From contig CAXXSM010000119.1 of the NCBI GenBank assembly GCA_963663405.2, forward strand, positions 1 through 16,016: a DNA stretch of 16,016 nt. Reading direction: 5' to 3'. Of the stretch, positions 1 to 8,580 are shown piece after piece. A program made the position numbers and the translations under genes. A model generated the notes under the pieces. The model saw only the letters and a list, made by a program, of their open reading frames with translations, did no database searches and was not told the origin of the DNA. Position 1 is the first letter of the stretch. Every line of letters begins with the position of its first letter. The DNA is from a bacterium (GTDB lineage: Bacteria > Hinthialibacterota > Hinthialibacteria > Hinthialibacterales > Hinthialibacteraceae).

Positions 1-1277
1 TCGTAACGCATCATATGCTTATGATTATCAAAATAGGTAATAGTCTTTTGCAAGGCTTTTTGTTGCGCCAATGTAAGTTGACGCCGAGTGCAGGTTCGCC
101 GTAACCCACCAATAACATATCCGACACGCCCTTCCAGAATGGCCTGCGTCTGCTGGCGAACCCATGGAATTCTCTTCGGGCTCTTCTCGCCATGGAGAGC
201 GGTTCCTGCATTCCATAGATACTCCAGCGCGTGCATGATATCTAATATGAACGCATCGACACGAGGCAGCAATTTCTCTTGACGAAACGTCGAACGAAAT
301 TGCTTCTCCAGTGATTTTTCCCCATCGACCAAAATCACAATCGGTTTCTTCCCTGTGGGATCGCGAAGATGGACTTGCGCCGCCAGTTCGTTGATGGCCA
401 TCTCCTTCCCAGCCATCGTCGCGGCGTAATGAGTGTTGAGGGGAGCGCGTGGATTCTCTTTCCCTTGTTCCCGCCGCCGTTGTTTCTCCTCTCGCTCCTG
501 CTCCTGTTCTTCGGCGCTTTGCTGCCGCATCAAAATATTCACCATCTCCTCTGTCGTGCGCGGTTCTGGCTCGAATGTAAAGAGCGCTGTCGCCACCGAC
601 ATCCGCCGAATCCCCGGCTTCTCCCCCCTTTCCCGCCGGACTTTCGGTTCGTTGGCTGATTCCACCGGGGGTTGCTCCACTGGAATCATGCGAATGCCTT
701 TGCCATCGGCTTCGACTCCTGTCACGCTTCCTTCCTTCTCCGGAGGCGGCGCGCTTTTCTCTTCGTAAAAAGATGAAACCACCTCACTTGCTTCTCGCGT
801 GATCTGTTCCTGGGTTCGTTTGGGCAGTGGCAGGTCAAGCAACTCGCCGATATCCTCAATCGCCTCATCGTAAGATTTTTCTACGGCTCGCTTCTGAATC
901 CACCCTTGTAATAAGTAGGACATCCGCCGATCCGGCAAGTTCAATTTCTCGTCCAGTGGGCAAAAGCCTCCTTCCTCTTCCTCCCAATAATAGGTTCGTC
1001 TTATCTCGATCTGACCGAACACGGATAAGTAGGTCTTTTTTCTCTCTCCATACCGGCGGCGCTCGATCCCAATGTGAGTATGCGTCTCTCCAATATCTCC
1101 TGTCCCATGGTGCTCTACAGTTTCTTGCAACAAGAGACGACCCAAATCCAACATGAAATTGTGCAAATGTTCTTCGGCCTTGTGTAACTCCTCACTCAGT
1201 GCGTCCCCTTTAATATACTCTTGGATTCGTTTCCATAATTGTTCCCGTTCGAGGATTATTTCTTCTAGATTATTCAC
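1..1277 (-). CDS. ISKra4-family DDE transposase (3' end runs off the window)
   Basis: Manual translation from GTG at 1277 (GAGG about 7 nt upstream) stays open to the window edge. Motifs: YLSVFGQIEIRRTYY, FCPLDEKLNLP, VEADGKGIRM, ILVDGE, LDIMHALEYLW, YFDNHKHMMRY. Absent from the ORF track because there is no stop codon in the window. Confidence 0.9.
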   Translation of the reverse strand, partial: MNNLEEIILEREQLWKRIQEYIKGDALSEELHKAEEHLHNFMLDLGRLLLQETVEHHGTGDIGETHTHIGIERRRYGERKKTYLSVFGQIEIRRTYYWEEEEGGFCPLDEKLNLPDRRMSYLLQGWIQKRAVEKSYDEAIEDIGELLDLPLPKRTQEQITREASEVVSSFYEEKSAPPPEKEGSVTGVEADGKGIRMIPVEQPPVESANEPKVRRERGEKPGIRRMSVATALFTFEPEPRTTEEMVNILMRQQSAEEQEQEREEKQRRREQGKENPRAPLNTHYAATMAGKEMAINELAAQVHLRDPTGKKPIVILVDGEKSLEKQFRSTFRQEKLLPRVDAFILDIMHALEYLWNAGTALHGEKSPKRIPWVRQQTQAILEGRVGYVIGGLRRTCTRRQLTLAQQKALQKTITYFDNHKHMMRY

Positions 1278-1285
1278 GCCTCAAC

Positions 1286-1335
1286 CTCACAATAGAAAAA
1301 TTAGCAATATAACTACTACTGAAATATATTGTGAG
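1286..1335 (-). promoter_or_regulatory. 9-bp inverted repeat overlapping the transposase SD
   Basis: CTCACAATA (1286-1294) and TATTGTGAG (1327-1335) are perfectly complementary. One arm includes GAG of the putative SD. Confidence 0.4.
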
Positions 1336-1650
1336 ATTTTAAGGTAATTTTCAAGGTCTTTTCAATCATAACCTATTTAATAATAGGGGATTATGATTAA
1401 TTGGATATAGCCACACTCATTTAATAATCCGTTAAAATCGTTAGGGTTTTTTTTTCCACGTAATCTAAAATAGCGTACACTTGAGTCACGTAGTGGTTCG
1501 CAGCGATTCGTAGAGCCGATTAACTGCCGTGCAAACTATTTTGACCTCCCCTTGAACCTTTTGTGGTAAATGTACTAAAAAAACTTAAATTTTTATTTCA
1601 TTGAGCGTCGCACTCAGGATATCCCTTCTACTGCATGGCTCGCCATTTTT

Positions 1651-1680
1651 TTGAACCTACCCCGATAAATATGATATAGT
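1651..1680 (+). promoter_or_regulatory. sigma70-like promoter
   Basis: TTGAAC-N18-TATAGT with a TG extended -10 (1672-1673). Confidence 0.4.
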
Positions 1681-1708
1681 AAATTCCGCAAGACCCTTCA
1701 ATGTTATC

Positions 1709-1756
1709 GACGGCGCATTGAGATTTTCCGACAACAAAACTGCGCCGTCCTTTTTT
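1709..1756 (+). terminator. intrinsic-terminator-like hairpin
   Basis: Perfect 9-bp GC-rich stem GACGGCGCA/TGCGCCGTC with a 23-nt loop, followed by CTTTTTT. Confidence 0.45.
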
Positions 1757-1981
1757 ATCCCCACTCTTGAACACCCACCGAAGAATGCGGTAAGATTCCA
1801 TTGTAAGCATTGTGGTGGACCCTGCTGCAGACATGTTGATAGCCTTCAGTTATGAAGAAACTCAAGGACCAATATGTAAAAACATGAGATTTTATTTATA
1901 GCGGTATATACGATTTTCAGAAAAGAAAAATGCGATACTAACCAAAAAGATAGTAATCAAAACTACAAAGAGGAAACCCCC

Positions 1982-2395
1982 ATGGAGTGCATAAGTAAAA
2001 AAGAAAGGATGATACTTACCGATCTCAAATCATTTCTTAACAGCCTACCCATCGGTACGATCATACCAGGATTCCAGAAAAGCAAGAATTATCGCTTCGC
2101 TGGCCTGGAACCATACCCAAGTCGAGGGAGATTCGCGAGATTGGCAGGAAAAATGGTAGCCGTTCTCGAATCCGATGAACTGAAGCGGAAGCGTATAATC
2201 CTCTTCCTTAACCTCTTGCTTATGCTAGTAAATGGTCCAACGGAAAATCTCGATTACGGAAGACGTCCTTTATGTGACTACGCCGTTAACGAGGAAAAGA
2301 GAGATGAATACCCAAACATCTATCAATACGAGACACAATACGAGACACACTACAAGGCCTTGGCCAAGTACGTGAAGATCCGAATGCTCAATTAA
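1982..2395 (+). CDS. hypothetical protein (137 aa)
   Basis: ATG with AAGAGGA SD upstream and protein-like composition. No family recognised. Confidence 0.6.
   Translation: MECISKKERMILTDLKSFLNSLPIGTIIPGFQKSKNYRFAGLEPYPSRGRFARLAGKMVAVLESDELKRKRIILFLNLLLMLVNGPTENLDYGRRPLCDYAVNEEKRDEYPNIYQYETQYETHYKALAKYVKIRMLN
2324..2347 (+). repeat. 12-bp tandem duplication (QYET-QYET)
   Basis: CAATACGAGACA x2, in frame within 1982..2395. Confidence 0.8.
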
Positions 2396-2644
2396 TTCAG
2401 GCGGGATTTCGATCATGATACCGGAATATTCATCCTAGCCGCTTCCGGTGTTCACTCTTGCTGTGTTTTGATTTACTTCTTTTCTAGGCTCGAGCAATCG
2501 ATTTCCAAGGCTCGGATGATTTCTATCTCAGTGATAATGTTTACTGTATTTTAGGATGATCTCTCGAAGTAACAATTTACAGAGAAGATTATCTTTTCAC
2601 AGACACTCTTCTACTATCATTCCAATAAATCGTTTGAAATATGA

Positions 2645-2885
2645 CGTCAAATTCTGTTAGGTATTGGCCGATCCGTTTGCAGTCTGGAAGATATGAACAA
2701 CGTCATGGAGCAGGAGGTAGATACATTTCAATGGGCACAATCCACACCGACCGTGGAAGAGAAGGGCTCGATTCTGGTTCTCAAGACGGAGGATAAGGAG
2801 GAGCCGATACGGCGGGTGGAGACAGTGGCGAATCGGATCGACGACAACAAGGAGAAAAGGCGAAAAAGAAGCGGCAAGCCTAAAA
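2645..2885 (+). pseudogene. decayed internal fragment of a second ISKra4-family transposase
   Basis: LGIGRSVCSLEDMNNVMEQEVDTFQWAQSTPTVEEKGSILVLKTEDKEEPIRRVE..KRRKRSGKP aligns by eye with LDLPLPKRTQEQITREASEVVSSFYEEKSAPPPEKEGSVTGVEADGKGIRMIPVE..RRERGEKP of the 1..1277 transposase. The ADGKG motif is degenerate. Confidence 0.6.
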
Positions 2886-3137
2886 TTACCTATTTGGACA
2901 ATAATAAGGAACATATGTTGTATGATTACTATTTAGCGTTTTGTCTTTCCCATAGGGAGTTGAGTGATTGAAATAGCCTGCCGTCATATAGTCAAGGATC
3001 GAACGGAAGGAACTAGTAATCGAACCTGAAAATAGAAAATAAAAATCTATTCGTTCGGAGAAATCACAGTATGATAAGAAAAGTATTATAAGAAAAGCAA
3101 GATAAAAGAAGTGAATGGTTTATAGAAGAGTGAAAGC

Positions 3138-3165
3138 TCAAGTATTAAATTGAGCCTGTCGATAA
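3138..3165 (+). promoter_or_regulatory. sigma28 (FliA/SigD)-like promoter
   Basis: TCAAG-N15-GTCGATAA, 48 nt upstream of the 3214 ATG. The consensus is TAAA/TCAAG...GCCGATAA. Confidence 0.55.
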
Positions 3166-3213
3166 TACTAATGGGTAAAACTCTAACCTAGAACGTGAAA
3201 AGAGGCGAGAATA

Positions 3214-3876
3214 ATGATTGACTCGATCAACACGGACTCCCTGATCCGTCTGAATACACCGGGTCAAAATGCCTTTGGCACGTCGAACAATATAGCGGAT
3301 CAAGACCCGAAATCCATTCCTCAATCAAAATTAAAAACAGAAACCGCCAAGGACACCTTCTCATTCTCATTCCATTTAGACGCTGATCCGATGCAACTGG
3401 CTGAAGCGATCAGTACGATTCAATCTAAAATCAAAGACCAGCTAATGCGGCGTTACGATCTCCAAGGGGATGACGCGTCGATCCTGGCTGATTTTCTTTC
3501 TCCTGAGAACGTGTCCTCTCAGGAACTTTTGGACTATGTAAATCCCGAAAATACCGCCAATCGCATCGTTCAATTCGCCACTGGATTCTTCAGTACGTAT
3601 CAAGTGAACTATGAAGTGAAAGACATTGAACAACAAGTGACGAAATTTTCCTCTCTGGTGCAGGAAGCCATTAAAAAGGGCTTCGAAGAAGCAGAACAGG
3701 TTCTTGAGAATATGGATGAACGTGGTGAAATTGGTGAAGTGATCCAAAAAACATATAATCTTGTGATGGAAGAAATCGCGAATTTCCGGGATGAAAAATT
3801 AAAATCCGCTCAGGAGAAAGCCGGAGAGAATGATACGCCGGTGTCTCCTCAGGCAGGCGATTCAGAGATTTTGTAG
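3214..3876 (+). CDS. DUF5610-like domain protein
   Basis: C-terminal half PENTANRIVQFATGFF...AIKKGFEEAEQVL...IQKTYNLV matches the recalled DUF5610 pattern. GAGG SD upstream. Confidence 0.75.
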   Translation: MIDSINTDSLIRLNTPGQNAFGTSNNIADQDPKSIPQSKLKTETAKDTFSFSFHLDADPMQLAEAISTIQSKIKDQLMRRYDLQGDDASILADFLSPENVSSQELLDYVNPENTANRIVQFATGFFSTYQVNYEVKDIEQQVTKFSSLVQEAIKKGFEEAEQVLENMDERGEIGEVIQKTYNLVMEEIANFRDEKLKSAQEKAGENDTPVSPQAGDSEIL

Positions 3877-4135
3877 AGCGGAGACTTAAATGAAAATCTA
3901 TCATCTGTGTATTTCGAAGTGTAGAAGACTGAATGTCTTTCAATCGTTCCGGCTCAAAATATCAATACTTCCGGGACACAAATATTAACCAACAGCTTTT
4001 CCTCACTAACACGTATTTTTTTACCCTTCATAAATAACATACCAATTAATTTAACTTTAAAATTGATAAACTCATTTTAATAACCCACCGGAAACGATTC
4101 ATATATTCGCTGGATTATAAAGCAAGACCTTCTAT

Positions 4136-4624
4136 TGTCATACGGAAAAATGGATGGTTTCGTTGAAAGGGAAGAAAAGGGATTTTCTCAGTTAAATGGG
4201 GGATGAAGCCAGTCATCGATGTTTTGTTATGCTACGAGAAACCTATCTTGAGATATAGGTCTGGAGCATTCCTTGTACCAAAGAATCCATAACCGTTCTC
4301 GAAGTGAATAGCGTGGTTTTTGATTCTTATCTCTTCCTTGTTTGCGCAAAATTTTCAGTTCCGTTTCCAATTGAAAAATGCGATTACGTAGAAATTGGTT
4401 CTCGACTTCGGGATTGTTCTCCTCTTCAGCAAGATTTATCATTTGCTTGAAACGAGTAATTCCCGCCCATCGAGCTGACAAGACGAGAGTCTTCAAAATC
4501 AAAGGAATTGCCGCTTGAATTACGTCCATAGTGGTCCCGTTTATGAGTATTTATTGAAATGGGATCATATGTATTAACATCAATATTGTCAACTCTTTAT
4601 CGGTGGACCGATTCTTGGATAACA
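4136..4624 (-). mobile_element. internally deleted IS481-like element (copy A)
   Basis: Left IR at 4603-4624 (minus strand TGTTATCCAAGAATCGGTCCAC). Degenerate right end starting TGTCAT at 4136. Subterminal ATGAAGCCAGT..GATGTT is shared with copy B (4203 vs 7747). Confidence 0.6.
4268..4529 (-). pseudogene. N-terminal fragment of rve-type transposase
   Basis: MDVIQAAIPL...NQKPRYSLRERLWILWYKE. Its last 58 bp match 8523-8578 of copy B, then homology stops. Confidence 0.65.
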
Positions 4625-4780
4625 GGCACAGGTGGATTCGATTCCCGGGGGATTGAATTGAAGCCGTGGGTCCCTTGATCCGAGGGGGGAGTAGTGGGGA
4701 AAGGGTGCGCGTGGCTAAGCCTACAAGGTACTGGCAGGGTCTTTTTTTGGGGGGAGGGAAATACCTAATCCTGCCAAAAA

Positions 4781-5776
4781 TTAATATACTTCCCATAACT
4801 CCACAGAGGAATGGGTTTCTATGTTTTCGAGCACTACTTCCGAAAAATAATTTTTTGCAACAACACCACTGTGTGTTCTTGATCCGAATCCAACAAAAAC
4901 CGGATCAACCATATGAATGGTTTTTTTTTCTATTAAAATCCATTCATTCGTACGGGTATTTTTGTAATAGGATTGGAATTGATCGCCTTCTCGAATAAAC
5001 TTTATTCTTTGCTCGATGGAATTAGCTTGAATATAATTTTCATCCCAAAACAATGATGAAGTGTAAGATTCTTGCCATCCATATTGTATGCTGCCTGATA
5101 CAAATCTCATGATATAAAATACTGGACTTGGACGAGTTGGATCGTTCCAAGGTCGATTAACATACATGAGAGATGCATTACCCCAGTCGGAATGTCCTGA
5201 ACGAATAGTAACTTCAAATTGAAAAGATCCACTAATGGTTGAATAAGTATAATGACCATCCTGATCCTGATGCTGCCTAAACCCACATGTGATCGTATAT
5301 ATACCTGTATCTGTGTCATAAACCACGTCTCCAGGGGGATTATGACCTGGATAATCACCATGATCGGCAAAGATCCCAACCGGTTTTGGAGTTCGTTCTT
5401 CCTTTGATGAATCTCCCCCGATATCGATATTGCCTATTTTCCCTGAAAAGGCCGCTTCACCCGAAGCCGATTCAAAAGGTAAGAGAACATATTGAATTCT
5501 ACTGACAGCCTTTGGTAAGTCCCATTTTATGGAACCATTAGATATTTCTCCATACGATCCAATCAGTTCATTGACTCCCCATCCTTCAGGAAGATTTTCC
5601 GTTACAGTGACGCCATCCGTATTATTTAAAATGACGATAGTCACAAGTTCTGGGAAACCTGGGAGATAACCTTTTTCCGAAAGTTGGCGGTTGGCGGTTG
5701 GCTGTGCGAAAACACTAAATCCAGTAACTACGAGATATAGAAAACAAAAAGCCAAAATCTTGTAAACAAACCTCAT
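4781..5776 (-). CDS. secreted protein, probable ConA/DUF1349-like beta-sandwich domain, C-terminal SSVELWEVY tail
   Basis: AAGGAG SD and N-terminal signal peptide (MRFVYKILAFCFLYLVVTGFSVFA). The GIFADHGD..PGDVVYDTDTGIYTITCG..SGSFQFEVTI pattern suggests the fold; this assignment is inference. Confidence 0.75.
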   Translation of the reverse strand: MRFVYKILAFCFLYLVVTGFSVFAQPTANRQLSEKGYLPGFPELVTIVILNNTDGVTVTENLPEGWGVNELIGSYGEISNGSIKWDLPKAVSRIQYVLLPFESASGEAAFSGKIGNIDIGGDSSKEERTPKPVGIFADHGDYPGHNPPGDVVYDTDTGIYTITCGFRQHQDQDGHYTYSTISGSFQFEVTIRSGHSDWGNASLMYVNRPWNDPTRPSPVFYIMRFVSGSIQYGWQESYTSSLFWDENYIQANSIEQRIKFIREGDQFQSYYKNTRTNEWILIEKKTIHMVDPVFVGFGSRTHSGVVAKNYFSEVVLENIETHSSVELWEVY

Positions 5777-5829
5777 AATTGATGCTCCTTAATCCCGGGG
5801 GATATACTTGTTTTTCGGGCTTCCAATTA

Positions 5830-5861
5830 ATTATATGAAAACAGTATACGCTATGTGTCAA
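5830..5861 (-). promoter_or_regulatory. consensus -35/-10 with over-long spacer
   Basis: Minus strand TTGACA-N20-TATAAT upstream of the 5776 start. Confidence 0.35.
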
Positions 5862-5986
5862 GCAGATCTTCCTGAAATTCACATCAAGCCAAAAATGCTA
5901 CGCACGGGAGCCGGTTTGTGACGTGGATAGGAAAAAATGGATACTTTTCGAAACCGTAGGTTTCTGTTCAAATGCGCCCGCTGGTC

Positions 5987-6967
5987 CTATTTGTAATTAT
6001 ACCAACTTTTAGCAGATGATTCAGCAAGTAAACCTAATTGGGCCAAAATAGTTAAATTATCAGCGTATGTGCTGCCTTTTATGAGTTGACCACTCTCATT
6101 GTATTGATGAAGCGTTACCCCGCGATTGACTATCGATTTCCCTGTTGCCGGGATATTAAAATATAAACCATCATGCGTTCCTTCGTACACTCCTTCATTA
6201 AGCACCCAACCGTCTCCCATATCGATCGTTTTAGTAATACTGAATGTCATATCCGGAAATCCCTCAAAATAAATTTCATTAGCGGCCATATATTGATCAC
6301 GATTAAGTGGAACCCCCATAGGCCCAATGAAATATTCGAAATTTTCCACAGCCATTTTGGATAAAGAATTCAAATCGTGATTTTTCCAACGTAAGAGCCA
6401 TTCTTCATTAGCTTCCAAGGGGGATAGTCCAGTCGATTCTGGATTTGGAAGGGAGAATGATGGAATCAACTCAGGTAATTCAGGAGCCTCCATCACACCT
6501 AACTGAATCAATATTATTTGTGTATCTAAATATGAGGCAAACCTTTTTATAAGACCGTTCTCAAATTCCAAAATATCTATGTGAGGAGTGGCTACGTTTG
6601 GTTTACCAGTTGGTGGTATTCCCTGCCACTCCGCCAAGTGTGTTCCATAGATAGTATGCTCTATCACAGCAATATTTCCGGAAACCAAGATAAGTTCTTC
6701 AGGAAATACTATATCGGGGAATCCTGTGAATATAGCTTCTATATATGCACGAAAACCTTCTTTATCCATTAGCAGCGGTTCAGGGTTAATATCATAGACA
6801 AAATCTTCTGCTAATAACGGCATCACTGGATCCATGATATGCGCATTAAACGCTTCATTTATCACTTTAAGAGTCGCTCGAATTTCATCTTCCGTTTGTC
6901 CCGATACATATGTTGATCCAATAAAAAAAATTCCCAAAACTAGTATAAGATATACTGCTTTTTTCAC
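5987..6967 (-). CDS. secreted tandem SnoaL-like (ester cyclase, NTF2-like) domain protein, C-terminal SSAKSWYNYK tail
   Basis: Two repeats of GFPD...GTHxxxxxxIPxTGK...D. Likely start is GTG 6967 behind AAGGAG, giving signal peptide MKKAVYLILVLGIFFIGSTYVSG. The ORF-track start at 7033 looks too long. Confidence 0.85.
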   Translation of the reverse strand: MKKAVYLILVLGIFFIGSTYVSGQTEDEIRATLKVINEAFNAHIMDPVMPLLAEDFVYDINPEPLLMDKEGFRAYIEAIFTGFPDIVFPEELILVSGNIAVIEHTIYGTHLAEWQGIPPTGKPNVATPHIDILEFENGLIKRFASYLDTQIILIQLGVMEAPELPELIPSFSLPNPESTGLSPLEANEEWLLRWKNHDLNSLSKMAVENFEYFIGPMGVPLNRDQYMAANEIYFEGFPDMTFSITKTIDMGDGWVLNEGVYEGTHDGLYFNIPATGKSIVNRGVTLHQYNESGQLIKGSTYADNLTILAQLGLLAESSAKSWYNYK

Positions 6968-7069
6968 GATATTTCTCCTTACTCTTGTTCCAGAAGGTGT
7001 TTGTTCATGGGATTTATCAATACCCTTGTACAAAGAAATATGGTATCATATGTAGACGGATATTTCTAT

Positions 7070-7111
7070 TAGGGTTTCTAGGTATTTTAACATAGGGAAA
7101 TCAGGTATTTT
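7070..7111. promoter_or_regulatory. direct repeat, putative operator
   Basis: TAGGG-N5-AGGTATTTT at 7070-7088 and 7093-7111 (23-bp period), upstream of the SnoaL gene. Confidence 0.4.
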
Positions 7112-7298
7112 TCCTCGTAGTGTAAGAAACCGAAAGGCTTTGAAAGAGGAATTCGCGGGGCAGGGAATCAAAATCCTCAAAATTGCATGATATTCAGACC
7201 ATTCTCCCCAGTTTTTCCGGACACTTTTTGATCCAGCAAAGATCTGTTAATTTCAAAATACCCTTATTTTAAAGCCTAAGGAATTGGAAATATATAAA

Positions 7299-7671
7299 TC
7301 ATCGGTTTACGTTCGGGCGAATTGTATAATTCCACTCTCCGTGGAAATTATCTTTTGTCAAATTCAGTTCTTCCATTTCGTGCTCAGAAACTTTAAATGC
7401 CAGTTGGATATTTTTTTGAATCCAATGCCGCCTTGATTTTCAAATCAGCCTGAGTTGTTGTGTTGGCAATCAAGTTAACAATGACTTCGTGACTTGTAAG
7501 CGGACGCCCTCTCCAGTTCTTTGTAATATGAGAAAACATCTTGTGCTCGATTTTATTCCACTTACTTGTGCCGGGAGGAAAATGACAGACGGTGATTTTC
7601 AGTTGCAGTTTATCGGCAAGACGTTGGAGTTCATATTTCCACAAGCGGTTGCGTGAACCGTTGCTTCCGCC
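7299..7671 (-). pseudogene. ISAzo13-family transposase, C-terminal fragment with +1 frameshift
   Basis: GGSNGSRNRLWKYELQ..VCHFPPGTSKWNKIEHKMFSHITKNWRGRPL..YPTGI, an extra T near 7395, then KVSEHEMEELNL..FHGEWNYTIRP. Probable IR AAGGAATTGGAAATA at 7278. Confidence 0.9.
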
Positions 7672-7677
7672 TGTAGC

Positions 7678-8580
7678 TGTTATGCTTGAATCGGACCACG
7701 AAATACCGATTGGAAAAAGAGATTATAGTAGTTTTTTAGGTTGTGAATGAAGCCAGTGACAGATGTTCTTTAATTGTTTTAACAATAACGTTTTAGGTTT
7801 GATATCTGGGAGATACACCTTCCCTGATAAATCGTTACATGATTATTTGTCAATACAATTTCAAGCGGCTTTTGAAAGACGAAAAGCCATAGTATTTGTT
7901 TCTTCGAACCGGTGCCGTTCAATCGGGAAGGGAACTGTTTTCGCGTCTCTGTTTAATGGATCTTTTTGGCGTTCTGCATGAACTTCATTGGGAGTTCTTC
8001 CTTCAAATTGATAATGCGGCTGACATTCGTTGTACTATTCCGAAATTCTACAATAGACATTGGGGAGAGCAGCAAACCACATTCCGGGAATAATGGTCTA
8101 TCGCAACAAGAACGTAGGTAGGCCAGAGGCCCCACCGAAACACAATCGTTCGATCGACACTCCAAAAGTGATTGGGATACCAAGCCGGGATGGACCGCTG
8201 GGAGGATTGACCACTATTTTTTCCAGCCGGATTGGGCGCCAGAGATGGTTCCCCTGGTGGATAAGGTCGTTGCAGGATGTTGCGAACCGTCGAGGCCGCC
8301 AAGAAAATGTTAAGAAGGGATAACTGAAGAGAAATCCGAATCCGTCCCCAATGCGGATTGGCTTTGGCAATTTCCCAGACGAGTAGGGCCACTTCGATAG
8401 GAGTTTTGTTTGCTGGTTCGTTTTTGTTCCCACTTTGATTTCGATATTCTTCAGCCATCGATTAATCGTTGATCGAGCCACACCGAGTCGTTTCGTCATC
8501 TCTCGAATGGAAATTTGGAAATATTCCTTGTACCAACATCCACAACCGTTCTCAAAGTGAATAACGTGGTTTTTGATTTT
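7678..8580 (-). mobile_element. decayed IS481-like element (copy B), right end retained, left end lost
   Basis: IR TGTTATGCTTGAATCGGACCAC at 7678-7699, 18/22 identical to the copy A left IR, abutting the break in the ISAzo13 gene. Confidence 0.7.
7861..8580 (-). pseudogene. rve integrase-core transposase pseudogene
   Basis: HTH (LGVARSTINRW), NPHWGRIRI, PNHFWSVD, VAIDHYSRNVV, then a jump to YNECQPH..GRTPNEV..RLSKAA* (TGA at 7861-7863). It has a stop, frameshifts and deletion of most of the catalytic core. Confidence 0.8.

Larger units (their letters stand above)
1..1482 (-). mobile_element. ISKra4-family insertion sequence, partial; outer end only tentative
   Basis: Transposase plus an AT-rich leader. 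Possible terminus near 1480 (minus strand AAGTGTACGCTATTTT). The partner IR is outside the window, so the end cannot be confirmed. Confidence 0.5.

Noticed and set aside
11-1347. Short track ORFs in 11..1347, and similar ones inside 3214-3876, 4781-7033, 10285-12489 and 13339-15150
   Set aside because: They are antisense or off-frame shadows of better-supported genes.
4632-4653. tRNA T-arm-like GGATTCGATTCCCGG (possible att site)
   Set aside because: The flanking bases do not form a 5-bp T-stem, and there is no cloverleaf or CCA end.
4643-5803. 11-bp direct repeat TCCCGGGGGAT flanking the 331-aa gene
   Set aside because: 11-mer repeats are expected by chance in 16 kb, and no IRs or recombinase support a TSD or cassette.
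4625-7277. Integron cassette array for the two co-oriented secreted genes
   Set aside because: No attC-like RYYYAAC/GTTRRRY hairpins were found and there is no integron integrase. Each gene has its own candidate promoter region.
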